From contig JAQTZF010000001.1 in NCBI GenBank assembly GCA_028687915.1, positions 674,634-738,633 on the forward strand: a stretch of DNA of 64,000 nt. The letters run 5' to 3'. The position numbers and the translations under genes are program-made. Positions 38,943 to 48,425 of this stretch are shown here, in pieces. Positions within the stretch are counted from its first letter, which is position 1, and every line of letters begins with the position of its first letter. The stretch comes from Candidatus Daviesbacteria bacterium. Lineage in GTDB: Bacteria; Patescibacteriota; Microgenomatia; Daviesbacterales; UBA10151. The notes under the pieces are model-generated. The model was not told the DNA's origin. It ran no database searches and was given only the letters and a program-made list of their open reading frames with translations.

Positions 38943-40229
38943 TTATTTTACCATTTCAGACCTAATTATTTCTTCTAACCCCTTAACTCCTCCAAAAGAG
39001 ATCCTATCAGGCATAAGATCCTGTGTTTCCATCATGGTAGCAGGGGTAATAATAAAATCTCCCCATCTTTCATTGATATTATCCATAGCTTTAACCAAAT
39101 TGTTTTTTACTTTTAAATCTTCAAATAAACTCATTTGAGTAAAAGTATCTTTTTGTAAATTAAAACAAGATACTGCTAGCTCACGGACAGATTTTTGATT
39201 TGGACATTTAAGCAATAAATTAAAAATAATTCTGTAGATATCCCTGGAATCAAATAAAAAATTAGGAGAAGATATTCCCTGATGCCAATAATCAAAATCA
39301 CGATAAAGTATAGATAAATGTACACCTCTGGCTCTAAAACCAGCCTGTCTCATTCTAAAACCCATCTTTTCTACTAATTTTTGTAAAATAGGGGCTAATT
39401 CTTCCGGGGTAACCAATGGTTTAGGTAAGGCAAAAGAATTACCAAAACTACCACGCTTACTAAGCGTTTCATCAATTTCCCAGCCATGTAATCTGCACCA
39501 CCAATAATATCCGGTAATTGATTTAAAAGCTGCTTTTAATTTCCAGATGGGGGAGTTAAAAAAATCTAAAACAGTATAAATACCCATGTTGTTTAATCTG
39601 GCAGCATTTTTGGCTTTTATTCCACAAAGATCTACTAATTTAAGGCTTTTAAAGATTTCCAAATAATTACTTTTATCAATTACATCCAAACCATCTGGTT
39701 TATGTAATCCTGCTGCAGTTTTAGCTAAGAAACGGTTTGGGGCAATACCAACAGAAATAGTTAACCATTCACCAATCTCTTCCTTTATTCTTTGTTTTAT
39801 TTCTAAGCTTACCTCTTTTACACCCTTTTTAAGGGCTGGGGAAGTGGTTAAATCAAGAATAAATTCATCTATGGACTTGGGAGTTACTTTATCACTGTAA
39901 GCCTCTAAAACAGCTCTGAATTTAAGGTGAATATTTCTATACTTATTGGGATCAGGAAGTAGAACTATTAAATTTGGGCAAAGCATTTTAGCTTCTCTAA
40001 CCTTAAACCCTGTTTTAATACCTAACTTTTTAGCTTCCACAGAAGGGGCTAAGATACAGCCAGAAGGGCTATTATAAGCAGCCACAGCAATTGGTTTACC
40101 CCTAAGTCTGGGATTAGCTTGTTGTTCTATAGTAGCAAAACAGGAATTAAGATCCAGATGCATTATGGTGGGATCTTTTAAATTAAAAGAGGAGTTAATT
40201 GCATTCCCCATCAGCAATTTCTTCCACAC
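38943..40229 (-). CDS. dinB: Y-family DNA polymerase IV
   Basis: MHLDLNSCFATIEQQANPRLRGKPIAVA N-terminal signature of DinB/UmuC. Confidence 0.8.
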   Translation of the reverse strand: MWKKLLMGNAINSSFNLKDPTIMHLDLNSCFATIEQQANPRLRGKPIAVAAYNSPSGCILAPSVEAKKLGIKTGFKVREAKMLCPNLIVLLPDPNKYRNIHLKFRAVLEAYSDKVTPKSIDEFILDLTTSPALKKGVKEVSLEIKQRIKEEIGEWLTISVGIAPNRFLAKTAAGLHKPDGLDVIDKSNYLEIFKSLKLVDLCGIKAKNAARLNNMGIYTVLDFFNSPIWKLKAAFKSITGYYWWCRLHGWEIDETLSKRGSFGNSFALPKPLVTPEELAPILQKLVEKMGFRMRQAGFRARGVHLSILYRDFDYWHQGISSPNFLFDSRDIYRIIFNLLLKCPNQKSVRELAVSCFNLQKDTFTQMSLFEDLKVKNNLVKAMDNINERWGDFIITPATMMETQDLMPDRISFGGVKGLEEIIRSEMVK

Positions 40230-40455
40230 TCCAGTGTAAATTCTCAGTATTCATCACCAATTTAAAAAATAGAGTAGGGGTATCTATTGAAAAAACATGG
40301 TATAAGGTTTTACCCAGGTGATAGGTATGATGTAAGCCAATTTTAGTAACCTGGTAAGTTTTACTATCCCAATGGATATATTTAGGGTAGACAGACTTTC
40401 GCTTGTGATCATATACTAAGTTAACAGAAATAGGGGCATTAATTTTTTGAATCAT
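40195..40455 (-). CDS. Hypothetical 86-aa protein overlapping the dinB start by 35 nt
   Basis: ORF with operon-like coupling. Confidence 0.3.
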   Translation of the reverse strand: MIQKINAPISVNLVYDHKRKSVYPKYIHWDSKTYQVTKIGLHHTYHLGKTLYHVFSIDTPTLFFKLVMNTENLHWSVEEIADGECN

Positions 40456-40536
40456 ATGTTTATTTAGACTACACCCAAAGAATACCCGAAGTCAATAGTT
40501 GGAATTTTGCTTTTAATTCGGATATAATTAGCCTTC

Positions 40537-40788
40537 ATGGAAATAAATAACTGCGGACTTGAGATAAAAATAGGAGAACCTGTAAAAACTATATTAGGTT
40601 CTGAGTTAGAACTAACTTACTCATGCAATAAATGTGAAGTTCTTATCACACGAAATATTCCTTTTGATATTCCTGCATCCAGGCTTAAGAAGTATTTAGA
40701 TGATAAGGAAAGTATGCTATATACAATGATAAGAGATGCTTCTGTAAAAACATACTTAGATTCATGTACTAAACAGGGATGTAGTTAA
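40537..40788 (+). CDS. Hypothetical 83-aa protein with an N-terminal CxxC ... CxxC motif. Its last 26 codons lie in the first copy of an 80-bp tandem duplication
   Basis: ORF. CGLEI...CNKCEV. Confidence 0.3.
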   Translation: MEINNCGLEIKIGEPVKTILGSELELTYSCNKCEVLITRNIPFDIPASRLKKYLDDKESMLYTMIRDASVKTYLDSCTKQGCS

Positions 40789-40868
40789 GGAAAGTATGCT
40801 ATATACAATGATAAGAGATGCTTCTGTAAAAACATACTTAGATTCATGTACTAAACAGGGATGTAGTT
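40707..40868. repeat. Perfect 80-bp tandem duplication (two copies separated by AA)
   Basis: ggaaagtatgctatatacaatgataagagatgcttctgtaaaaacatacttagattcatgtactaaacagggatgtagtt occurs at 40707..40786 and again at 40789..40868. Confidence 0.9.
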
Positions 40869-40908
40869 TTAGAACAAATTAACTTTGTCTGTTATAATAC
40901 ATAATATT

Positions 40909-40980
40909 GCGGGTGTAATTCACCGGTAGAATGTCACTTTTCCAAAGTGAACGCAAGGGGTTCGACTCCCCTCACCCGCT
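40909..40980 (+). tRNA. tRNA-Gly (anticodon UCC)
   Basis: GCGGGTG acceptor. Anticodon stem TCACT/AGTGA with loop TTTCCAA. T arm AGGGG-TTCGACT-CCCCT. Confidence 0.85.
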
Positions 40981-40990
40981 CACAACAAAA

Positions 40991-41017
40991 GTCCCCACCT
41001 TGCGTGGGGCTTTTTTG
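40991..41017 (+). terminator. Rho-independent terminator after tRNA-Gly
   Basis: Stem CCCCAC / GTGGGG with loop CTTGC, followed by TTTTTT. Confidence 0.7.
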
Positions 41018-41059
41018 TGACTGGATGTGATAGGAAAAGAATTATGCGCTCTACGCAGT

Positions 41060-41200
41060 AGGAATCAGGTTCGAAGACCGCAGGTCGCAAGGTTCTCCGA
41101 TCAGATTGGAGGTTCTTAAGACCTGGTCGCAAGGTTCTTTCGCAAAGCGAAAGGTTCTTACTCCCCTTATAAGTCTGAGCGAAGTCGAAGACCTCACCCG
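41060..41200. repeat. Cluster of degenerate short repeats (GGTTCT / GGTCGCAAGGTTCT x2 / AAGACC x3)
   Basis: Read directly, between the tRNA-Gly terminator and the ABC-F stop. Confidence 0.5.
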
Positions 41201-41208
41201 CTCTCAAA

Positions 41209-42726
41209 TTAAATACTGGAAACACGCTCTAAAAGGTCTTCTGACCAAACATCAAAGTAATTTTCAGGTAATATTAATGCTCTGCTTGGTTGTAACTCCT
41301 GGATAAATTCTTCTGTGTGAGACACAATAAGTAAAGCTCCTTTATATTCCTTTAAAACCTGTAGAATAATTCTTTGAGACATCATATCTAAATAGGTAGT
41401 TGGTTCATCAAGTATTAAAAGATTGTAATCTTGAAGTAGCAGTAAGGCTATTGAAAGCCTGGTTTTTTCACCCCCGGATAAAGTTCCTATTTTTTGATAG
41501 ACCTTACTGGCAGGAAATAGAAAGCTGGCAAGCAGGGGACGGGCAACACTCTCTGGCTGATGGCTTAAACTCATGGCTGTTTCCAAAAGATTTTTATCAA
41601 AATCTAAATTCTCAAATTCCTGTGAGTAATAACCAACCTTTAAGTTAGACTCTCTTAGTATTTCACCCTCATTGGGTTCCAATAACCCCATAAGGATCTT
41701 AATAAAGGTACTTTTACCAACACCATTAGGACCTATAAGTGCCACACATTCTCCACGTTCAATAGATAAATTAATCCCCTTTAAGATTTCTTTTTCCCCA
41801 TAAGATTTAGAAATATTAAGAGCTTTGATTGGTAAAGCTCCAACTGTTGCTGGTTCTGGCAGCCTAAATCTAATTGCCCTTACTTCCGGAGGTAAATCTG
41901 GCAGCTTTTCCTTTAATTTATGAACCCTTTTTTGTAAATTTATCCTTTGTTTAACTCCCATTCCTTTAGCACTTTCTTCCAACCTGGAAATATTTCTTTG
42001 TTCAACATGAACTTGTTTAATAAGAGTTGCTTCTTTTTCTGCCCTTTGTTCCAAAGCCTGAGTATAATTTCCTCTGTATTCTTCAATCTTATGTAACTCC
42101 GAATTAACAAATAAAATCTTATTAATGTGTTTATCTAATAACTCTAAATCATGGGAAATCAGGATTAGTGTTTTTGGGTAATTGCTTAAAAAGCCCATTA
42201 CCCATTTTTTACCGGCTGTATCCAAAAAGTTAGTAGGTTCATCAAGTAATAATGTATCTGGCTCTGCTAAAAGTGCTCTGGCAAGGGCTAATCTGGTTTT
42301 TTGTCCACCGCTTAAATCTTTTGGTGAAGCTTCCATATCAAGGTCACTAAGTTCCACTCCGCTAATCATTTTATATAATTCATAATCTTGTTTTGTATGA
42401 TCTGGATTAAGATATTCACGAATTGTGGCAGAGGCTTCCATGATAGGATCATGTTTTACTTCCTGGGGAACAATACCAATTGTGCCTGTAATTTCAATTT
42501 TTCCATTCTGAGGGATCTCTTGTTTACAGAGGATTTTAAGCAAGGTGCTTTTGCCGGCACCATTATGTCCAATTAAACCAACCTTTTGTCCGTCAGTTAT
42601 TGTAAACTCAGCATCTTCAAAAATATGATGTGAGTTATGGGAAAACGATAAATTATGTACGCTAATCATCTGCGTATTATACAGGAAATTAGCTTCTTGC
42701 GCATTTTTATTGAATAAATGGTACAA
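41209..42726 (-). CDS. ABC-F family ATPase (two tandem ABC domains, no TM domain)
   Basis: Two Walker A motifs (GHNGAGKST, GPNGVGKST) and two signature motifs (LSGGQKTRL, LSGGEKTRL). Confidence 0.8.
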   Translation of the reverse strand: MYHLFNKNAQEANFLYNTQMISVHNLSFSHNSHHIFEDAEFTITDGQKVGLIGHNGAGKSTLLKILCKQEIPQNGKIEITGTIGIVPQEVKHDPIMEASATIREYLNPDHTKQDYELYKMISGVELSDLDMEASPKDLSGGQKTRLALARALLAEPDTLLLDEPTNFLDTAGKKWVMGFLSNYPKTLILISHDLELLDKHINKILFVNSELHKIEEYRGNYTQALEQRAEKEATLIKQVHVEQRNISRLEESAKGMGVKQRINLQKRVHKLKEKLPDLPPEVRAIRFRLPEPATVGALPIKALNISKSYGEKEILKGINLSIERGECVALIGPNGVGKSTFIKILMGLLEPNEGEILRESNLKVGYYSQEFENLDFDKNLLETAMSLSHQPESVARPLLASFLFPASKVYQKIGTLSGGEKTRLSIALLLLQDYNLLILDEPTTYLDMMSQRIILQVLKEYKGALLIVSHTEEFIQELQPSRALILPENYFDVWSEDLLERVSSI

Positions 42727-42734
42727 TACACACT

Positions 42735-43337
42735 ATGGGAAATTTTAATCGTGGTAGCAGATCAGGCGGAGACAGAAATTATGGCAGACCTAGCTTTAGT
42801 AACAGAGGTTCTGACAGACAAGTAGAGATGCATCAGGCAGTTTGTGCAAAGTGTGGAAAAAATTGCGAAATTCCTTTTAGACCAACTAATGACAGACCTG
42901 TCTATTGTTCAAGCTGTTTTGAAAATAACAGAAATTCAGATTCCAGATCAGAAGGCAGAAACTTTGATAGATCTTCTAATTTTGAAGACAGAGAGATGTT
43001 TACAGCTACTTGTGCAGATTGTGGTGCCAGCTGCCAGGTTCCTTTTAAACCAACCAATGGTAAGCCTGTTTTTTGCAGCAATTGTTTTGGTGACAAAAAA
43101 GAAGGAAGAGGTAATAGAAGAGAACAATCAAATTCACAGCCTATGGACAATAAGCAACTAGAGCAGATAAACAGCAAATTAGACAAGATTTTAGCAATTC
43201 TAGCTCCAGGTACAGCTTCAAAAGAAGCTTTGGAAGAAATAGCAGAAGAAATTCAGGATGAAGTTACAGAAGAATTACCAGAAGAGGTTGTTGAAGAAGA
43301 AGTAAAAACTCCTAAGAAAAAAGCTTCAAAGAAATAA
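42735..43337 (+). CDS. Hypothetical nucleic-acid-binding protein: RG-rich N-terminus, two copies of a CxxCG...PF(R/K)PTN...PV(Y/F)CSxCF zinc ribbon, acidic tail
   Basis: Internal duplication seen in the translation. Confidence 0.4.
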   Translation: MGNFNRGSRSGGDRNYGRPSFSNRGSDRQVEMHQAVCAKCGKNCEIPFRPTNDRPVYCSSCFENNRNSDSRSEGRNFDRSSNFEDREMFTATCADCGASCQVPFKPTNGKPVFCSNCFGDKKEGRGNRREQSNSQPMDNKQLEQINSKLDKILAILAPGTASKEALEEIAEEIQDEVTEELPEEVVEEEVKTPKKKASKK

Positions 43338-43342
43338 TTCCT

Positions 43343-43993
43343 TTAAAATCCTTTTAATTTAGCCAAAACTGTTAACCTTTTTGTATTTAGTCCAGGTGGA
43401 ACACAAGTCATAAGAGTTAAGTACCTGCCTGCTTCATCAGGAGGATTTATTACCCATGTTTCCATTGGATTGACTATAGTTAATCCTTTAACAATATATT
43501 CAAATTTTTGCCCGCCTGCAGTAACTACTATTAAATCTCCTTTTTTAATATCAGGTAATTTGGAAAATATAGCTTTATAGTTATCTTGTCTAAAAAATTG
43601 TGGTAGGGAGGAATGACCAGAAATAAACACATTACCTTTTTCACCAGGTAAAGCAGAGCCTGGTAAATGAGATAAATGATTGTCAAAAGTATTGCTGTCA
43701 ACAAATACCTCTGCCCCTTCAAGCTTAATACTGGGAATTGCAATGTTAAAAGTTTCATAGGAAGCAGGTGTAGCTCTTTTATTGTTTGAAGTAATTACAG
43801 GGAAATTATTCCTGGTTTCCACAGAAACCCCTAAAACACTTTTTGAATCTGAAGTAGGGCTTACCAGGGTAATATTTTGTTGAGAATATACAAATGTTTC
43901 CCAAATTTTAAAGGAAATAAGAGGCATAAGTACCTGAACAAGCACAAAAACACCTATTCCCAGCATAAACAAAGGGATAAACCTATGGAGCAT
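43343..43993 (-). CDS. Sortase family transpeptidase
   Basis: N-terminal TM helix. Catalytic His in NVFISGHSS, active-site LTLMTC (TLxTC) and a downstream Arg. Confidence 0.65.
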   Translation of the reverse strand: MLHRFIPLFMLGIGVFVLVQVLMPLISFKIWETFVYSQQNITLVSPTSDSKSVLGVSVETRNNFPVITSNNKRATPASYETFNIAIPSIKLEGAEVFVDSNTFDNHLSHLPGSALPGEKGNVFISGHSSLPQFFRQDNYKAIFSKLPDIKKGDLIVVTAGGQKFEYIVKGLTIVNPMETWVINPPDEAGRYLTLMTCVPPGLNTKRLTVLAKLKGF

Positions 43994-44048
43994 ATATTAA
44001 TATTAGACTAAATTGAAGCTCCAAAGCAAGTATTGAAGGAGTTAGTTT

Positions 44049-44570
44049 TTAGAAGAGTGGGAGGCCTTTATAGTTTCTACTGCCTCTATAATATGCATTA
44101 GATACGACCAAAGGCACCTCTTTTTTATCGCTACCAATTCCATATACCCAAAAAGCGTCTCCGTTAAGGATTTTTATCCTAGTTTTAGGGTTTATAACAG
44201 TTGAACAGACATCCAAAAAAGAATGGTCTTCCGGAGCCCAGGCATATTTCCAGTAGTCTAGTTTTTGCAGTCGTTCAGGTTCTATTTGGTTGGTATCAGC
44301 ATGAATAACTCTGATTGTTTGCCAGCCAAACCTTGTTAAGGCCATTACTTTTTGTAAATAGTTTCTTACTGTTAAAGCGTTTCTATCTCCACTGATAAAA
44401 GCACCATTAAAGTCTTCTGGGAATGGTTGTTTTTTCCAGGTCCAACCAAAGCTTGGTTTAGACTCTCCTGTGGCTAATCTGGTAGGGAATTCACAAATAA
44501 TTCTGCCTGCATAGTCAAATAAAGACCTTGGTTCAGAATGATACTTCAAAAAGTTATGTGGCATTTCCAT
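44049..44570 (-). CDS. Hypothetical protein (about 173 aa). Start re-assigned to ATG 44570 on promoter evidence; the ORF track extends to 44645
   Basis: Minus-strand promoter TTGATT-17-TATAAT (44578..44606) preceded by CTATAG. The ATG of MEMPHNF lies 7 nt after the -10. Confidence 0.35.
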   Translation of the reverse strand: MEMPHNFLKYHSEPRSLFDYAGRIICEFPTRLATGESKPSFGWTWKKQPFPEDFNGAFISGDRNALTVRNYLQKVMALTRFGWQTIRVIHADTNQIEPERLQKLDYWKYAWAPEDHSFLDVCSTVINPKTRIKILNGDAFWVYGIGSDKKEVPLVVSNAYYRGSRNYKGLPLF

Positions 44571-44658
44571 ATAGCTTATTATAGCAATCTTTTGAATTAA
44601 AATCAACCTATAGTAATTATTACTCCTGAATCTGTTATAATCCACCTAAATATTTTAT

Positions 44659-45633
44659 ATGGAAGCTTCGAAATTAAGAGTTGAGAGATATAAAGACATT
44701 GCGGATGAAAAATTCCGTAACTACCTTACCTCTTTTGATGAGTTCTTAGACGATAAACTGAATGGTAATCCTATAGCTTTGGAAAGTTTTTGTAGACACC
44801 CTTATACAGAACAATTACGACTGAAGTCTAAAGATGTTAGTAGAATTGTAACTTATTGTACTAATAGCAGGGTTTTGGATATACAAAAGATTCCGGATTC
44901 TCTTGGCAGAGAAAGGATTAATGGATTTGATAAGGAAAATTGTTTGGCTTTTGCCAGCATTGCCCATGTTGTTTATCTTAAGTTTAGTCCGGATTCAAAG
45001 TATCCAGGTTTGAAGGCAAATATGAATGTACCATGGTCAGATATTCCATGGAAAGAAATGGTTTATGAGGCTAAGGAGAAGTTGGGTAGCAACCCTTTAT
45101 CTGAGCGGATTCATATATTAGATCAACAACCAAGACTTGAGAATGATAAGGATAAACATACCGCTGAACAGCCAGAAACAAATAGTGAGTATTCACCAAG
45201 AGTAAGTATAAAAAAGAAGGAGAAGATATATAGTAATAAACCAAAATTTCTTAGATTTGATGAGGTAGAAATAAGAGAAAAACTACTTACTGCCGACCTG
45301 GGATTGGAAGAAATAGCAGCTCTGTATAAAAGTATTCCTGGGAATCAAGTTGATAGCATTAGCACCCAAAAACACAATATATCACCTGAATTAATTACAG
45401 CTGTTATGTTTATTTATCATGCAAATGCCCATACTCTGGAAAAATTTGATCCTGAAGAAACCTTATATTTTTCTCGTGACTTTCATAAAGCTTTAGAAAC
45501 ATCACTTATGATACTTAATCACTATAAAAAGCTTGGAAACGATGATTTTACTACCTTGGAAAAAGTTTTTTCAAAACTGTTTTTAATTATTGAAAAGAAC
45601 CCTGATAAATATACTACTCCAACCACAAAATAA
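44659..45633 (+). CDS. Hypothetical protein (324 aa)
   Basis: ORF. Divergent from the 44049 gene. Confidence 0.35.
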   Translation: MEASKLRVERYKDIADEKFRNYLTSFDEFLDDKLNGNPIALESFCRHPYTEQLRLKSKDVSRIVTYCTNSRVLDIQKIPDSLGRERINGFDKENCLAFASIAHVVYLKFSPDSKYPGLKANMNVPWSDIPWKEMVYEAKEKLGSNPLSERIHILDQQPRLENDKDKHTAEQPETNSEYSPRVSIKKKEKIYSNKPKFLRFDEVEIREKLLTADLGLEEIAALYKSIPGNQVDSISTQKHNISPELITAVMFIYHANAHTLEKFDPEETLYFSRDFHKALETSLMILNHYKKLGNDDFTTLEKVFSKLFLIIEKNPDKYTTPTTK

Positions 45634-45635
45634 TT

Positions 45636-47069
45636 TTAGAGTATTTCTTCCGGCATATAAGCTGCAGCCTCTGGGTATTTCTTGATAATTGGTTCAACTT
45701 TATTAATAAAATCAGTAATTTGCTTTGGAGCACTACCTACAAATTCCATTGGGTTAGAGAGAGCTTTTTCCAGTTTTTCCTTAGGTACTCCAAAATCAGG
45801 ATCCTCTGCTAATCTGTCTAATAAATCATTACCAGTTGAACCTTTTTCTCTCATTTCCAGTGCTACTTTTTTAGCATGTTTTTGAATTATCTTGTAAGCC
45901 TCTTCTCTTGGAGCACCATCTTGTACAGCAACCATTAATAATCTGGTTGTGGTTAAGAAGGGGAGAATCCTGTCGTATTCCTTTTTAATTACTGCCGGAT
46001 AAAATCCACATTCATCACAGATAGTTAACATAGCCTGAAAAATACCATCTGTGGTAAAAAAAGCATCAGGGAGGGCAACTCGTCTTGTTGATGAATCACT
46101 GACATCTCCACCATACCATTGTTCTCCGGTTATACTTTGAATCATATTTACATGTCCACCTAGAACATTCTTTAATCCTCTAATTCTTTCTGATGTGCGG
46201 GAGTTCATTTTATGAGGCATAGCACTTGATCCAACCTGACCTTCCTTAAATCCTTCAGTGAATTGTTCATTACCTGCCATAAGTCTCATTGTAACGGCTA
46301 AGCTGGCTGGTCCTGAGACTAACTGGTAAAGAGTTGTAACCACATCATAATCTAATGACCTTGGGTAAACCTGTCCAACGCTTCCGAGAATTTTTTTAAA
46401 GCCTAATGACTCTGCTACGAGTTGCTCAAGGCCATCGACATTTTCCTGGCTGCCAAGCAGCTGGAGTTGGTCTGTTTGAGTTCCCATTGCTCCTTTTATT
46501 CCTCTTAAGGGATAATTTTCGATAGTTGTTTCCAATCTGTTAAGGCCTAATAATAAATCTTCACCTGCATCAGAGAACATTTTTCCAATTAAAGAGGGTT
46601 GGGCAACTGCATTATGAGTACGTCCTCCATAAATTAGTGTACTGTTTGTTGCTGCTAAGTCAGCAAATCGTGCTAAAGTAGCCACAACCCTGTCACGAAT
46701 CATTAGCATTGCTGCTTTGTTTAACATTTGTTCTACATTGTCTGACTGGTCTCTGGAAGTCATCCCCATATGAGCAAACTCAAAGCCCGCCAGATTATTT
46801 GCAGCCTCAAGTTTTGCTTTTTCATCATGGCGAAGTATTAATTCTCTTTCTCTGATCCAAGCTAAATCAACAATGTTCTGAGTATTTTCATAGGCTGCGA
46901 TTACATTATCAGGTATAGTTAATCCTCTGGATGCCTGACCTTTCATAACTGTGATCCAAAGGCCACGTTCACTGATTATTCTACCTTCGGGTGAAAAAAG
47001 CTTGATCATGGGGGTGCTGGCGTATCGGTCAGCCAAAACATTGGGTATAACAGGACGTTCGTTAGCCAT
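45636..47069 (-). CDS. purB: Adenylosuccinate lyase
   Basis: N-terminal LADRYAS...M pattern and the fumarate-lyase signature GSSAMPHKMNSRTSERI. Confidence 0.8.
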   Translation of the reverse strand: MANERPVIPNVLADRYASTPMIKLFSPEGRIISERGLWITVMKGQASRGLTIPDNVIAAYENTQNIVDLAWIRERELILRHDEKAKLEAANNLAGFEFAHMGMTSRDQSDNVEQMLNKAAMLMIRDRVVATLARFADLAATNSTLIYGGRTHNAVAQPSLIGKMFSDAGEDLLLGLNRLETTIENYPLRGIKGAMGTQTDQLQLLGSQENVDGLEQLVAESLGFKKILGSVGQVYPRSLDYDVVTTLYQLVSGPASLAVTMRLMAGNEQFTEGFKEGQVGSSAMPHKMNSRTSERIRGLKNVLGGHVNMIQSITGEQWYGGDVSDSSTRRVALPDAFFTTDGIFQAMLTICDECGFYPAVIKKEYDRILPFLTTTRLLMVAVQDGAPREEAYKIIQKHAKKVALEMREKGSTGNDLLDRLAEDPDFGVPKEKLEKALSNPMEFVGSAPKQITDFINKVEPIIKKYPEAAAYMPEEIL

Positions 47070-47115
47070 AAGCTAGTTGAATATATTATTTAGCAACATT
47101 TTAGTCAATAGTTGA

Positions 47116-47862
47116 TTGCTTTATGCTATTATTACCACTATGTTAATAGCAGAAATTGGTTTAAATCATAAAGGTAATGAAGAGAGAGCCTTTAAGATGC
47201 TTCAGCAGTTGGTTAAAGCAGATATCGATGCTGTAACTTTTCAGCTTCCAGAGCCAGAATTTTATTCAAATCTTAAGTTTAATATTAATCCCCTAAGTAA
47301 GGCTTTTTATAAAAAAGCCATTAACTTTATACATAAAAATAATAAACAAATTGGTTTTGCAATCAAAGATATGGATATGATTTCTTTTTTAGATGAAAAT
47401 AAGGCAGATTTTTGGAAAACATTAAGCACCTCTTTTAATGATAATGTTTTAATTGGAAAGTTGGAAAAAACTAAAAAACCTATCTTTATGTCTACTGGCT
47501 TATCTTCTGAAAAAGAGATTCAAATTATGGCTAGGAAGAGAAAAAATGTTAAATTTATACATACTCAACTTTCTCATGATATTAAGGATGTTAACTTGAA
47601 AGTTATTGATACTTTAAAAAAAATAACAAAAAAAGATATTGCTTTTGGTTTGCATTGCTCTAACTTAGATGCACTTTTACTATCAATAGCTTTTAGCCCT
47701 TCAGATATTTTCTTTTATGTTAAAGATAATGCAAGGGAAAAGTTTTTGGATCATGAGCATGCAGTAGTAATTAATCAACTTGATATAATCATTAAAAGGC
47801 TAAAAGAGTTAGAAGCATCTTTAGGAATAGGACACAAACAAAATATAGGAATAAAAATATAA
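47116..47862 (+). CDS. NeuB/SpsE-like (N-acylneuraminate-9-phosphate synthase family) N-terminal TIM-barrel domain, short (248 aa)
   Basis: IAEIGLNHKGNEERAFKMLQQLVKADIDAVTFQ. The usual C-terminal SAF domain is missing. Confidence 0.45.
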   Translation: MLYAIITTMLIAEIGLNHKGNEERAFKMLQQLVKADIDAVTFQLPEPEFYSNLKFNINPLSKAFYKKAINFIHKNNKQIGFAIKDMDMISFLDENKADFWKTLSTSFNDNVLIGKLEKTKKPIFMSTGLSSEKEIQIMARKRKNVKFIHTQLSHDIKDVNLKVIDTLKKITKKDIAFGLHCSNLDALLLSIAFSPSDIFFYVKDNAREKFLDHEHAVVINQLDIIIKRLKELEASLGIGHKQNIGIKI

Positions 47863-48425
47863 TGAATACATATAAATTAATCTTAAAAAGAAGAACAATT
47901 AGAAAATTTAGTAATAAAAAAATAAAACAGGCAGACCTTGTAGATTGTATTAATGCTGCTAGACTCGCACCCAGTTCTGCAAATTTACAGCCTTTAGAAT
48001 ATATTTTAGTCACCAAAAACCTGAACTTAGTTTTTGAGTGCACTCACTGGGCTGGTTATTTAAAAGATGGAGCACCAAAACATAATGAACACCCTAATGC
48101 TTATATATTTATCTTATCTAACACAGAAATTAGCAAACAAGCTAAATTTGATGTGGGATTGGCTGCACAAAATATAATTTTAACAGCCTTAGAAAGGGGT
48201 ATTGCTAGTTGTATTTTAGGCAATCTAGAAAGGGAAAAGTTATCTAAGATACTTTCCATACCAGAAAAATACTTTATAGAACTTGCAGTAGTTTTAGGTT
48301 ATCCAAAACAAATTTCCATAGAGGATAAGTTTAAAGGAGATGTGAAATATTGGTTAGATGAAAAGCAAGTATTACACGTTCCAAAGAAATCACTAAAAGA
48401 TATCATACACAAAGAAACATACTAG
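47862..48425 (+). CDS. Nitroreductase family protein
   Basis: RRTIRKFSNKKIKQADLVDCINAARLAPSSANLQPLEYILV. Confidence 0.7.
   Translation: MNTYKLILKRRTIRKFSNKKIKQADLVDCINAARLAPSSANLQPLEYILVTKNLNLVFECTHWAGYLKDGAPKHNEHPNAYIFILSNTEISKQAKFDVGLAAQNIILTALERGIASCILGNLEREKLSKILSIPEKYFIELAVVLGYPKQISIEDKFKGDVKYWLDEKQVLHVPKKSLKDIIHKETY

Noticed and set aside
40707-40868. Checked the tandem repeat regions (40707..40868, 31807..31890, 41060..41200) for CRISPR
   Set aside because: The repeats are adjacent, with no unique spacers and no cas genes anywhere in the window, so these are not CRISPR arrays.
40980-41225. ORF 40980..41225 (-), 81 aa
   Set aside because: It covers the tRNA-Gly terminator and the short-repeat cluster. 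The translation is Arg/Leu-rich repeat read-through and is not a plausible gene.
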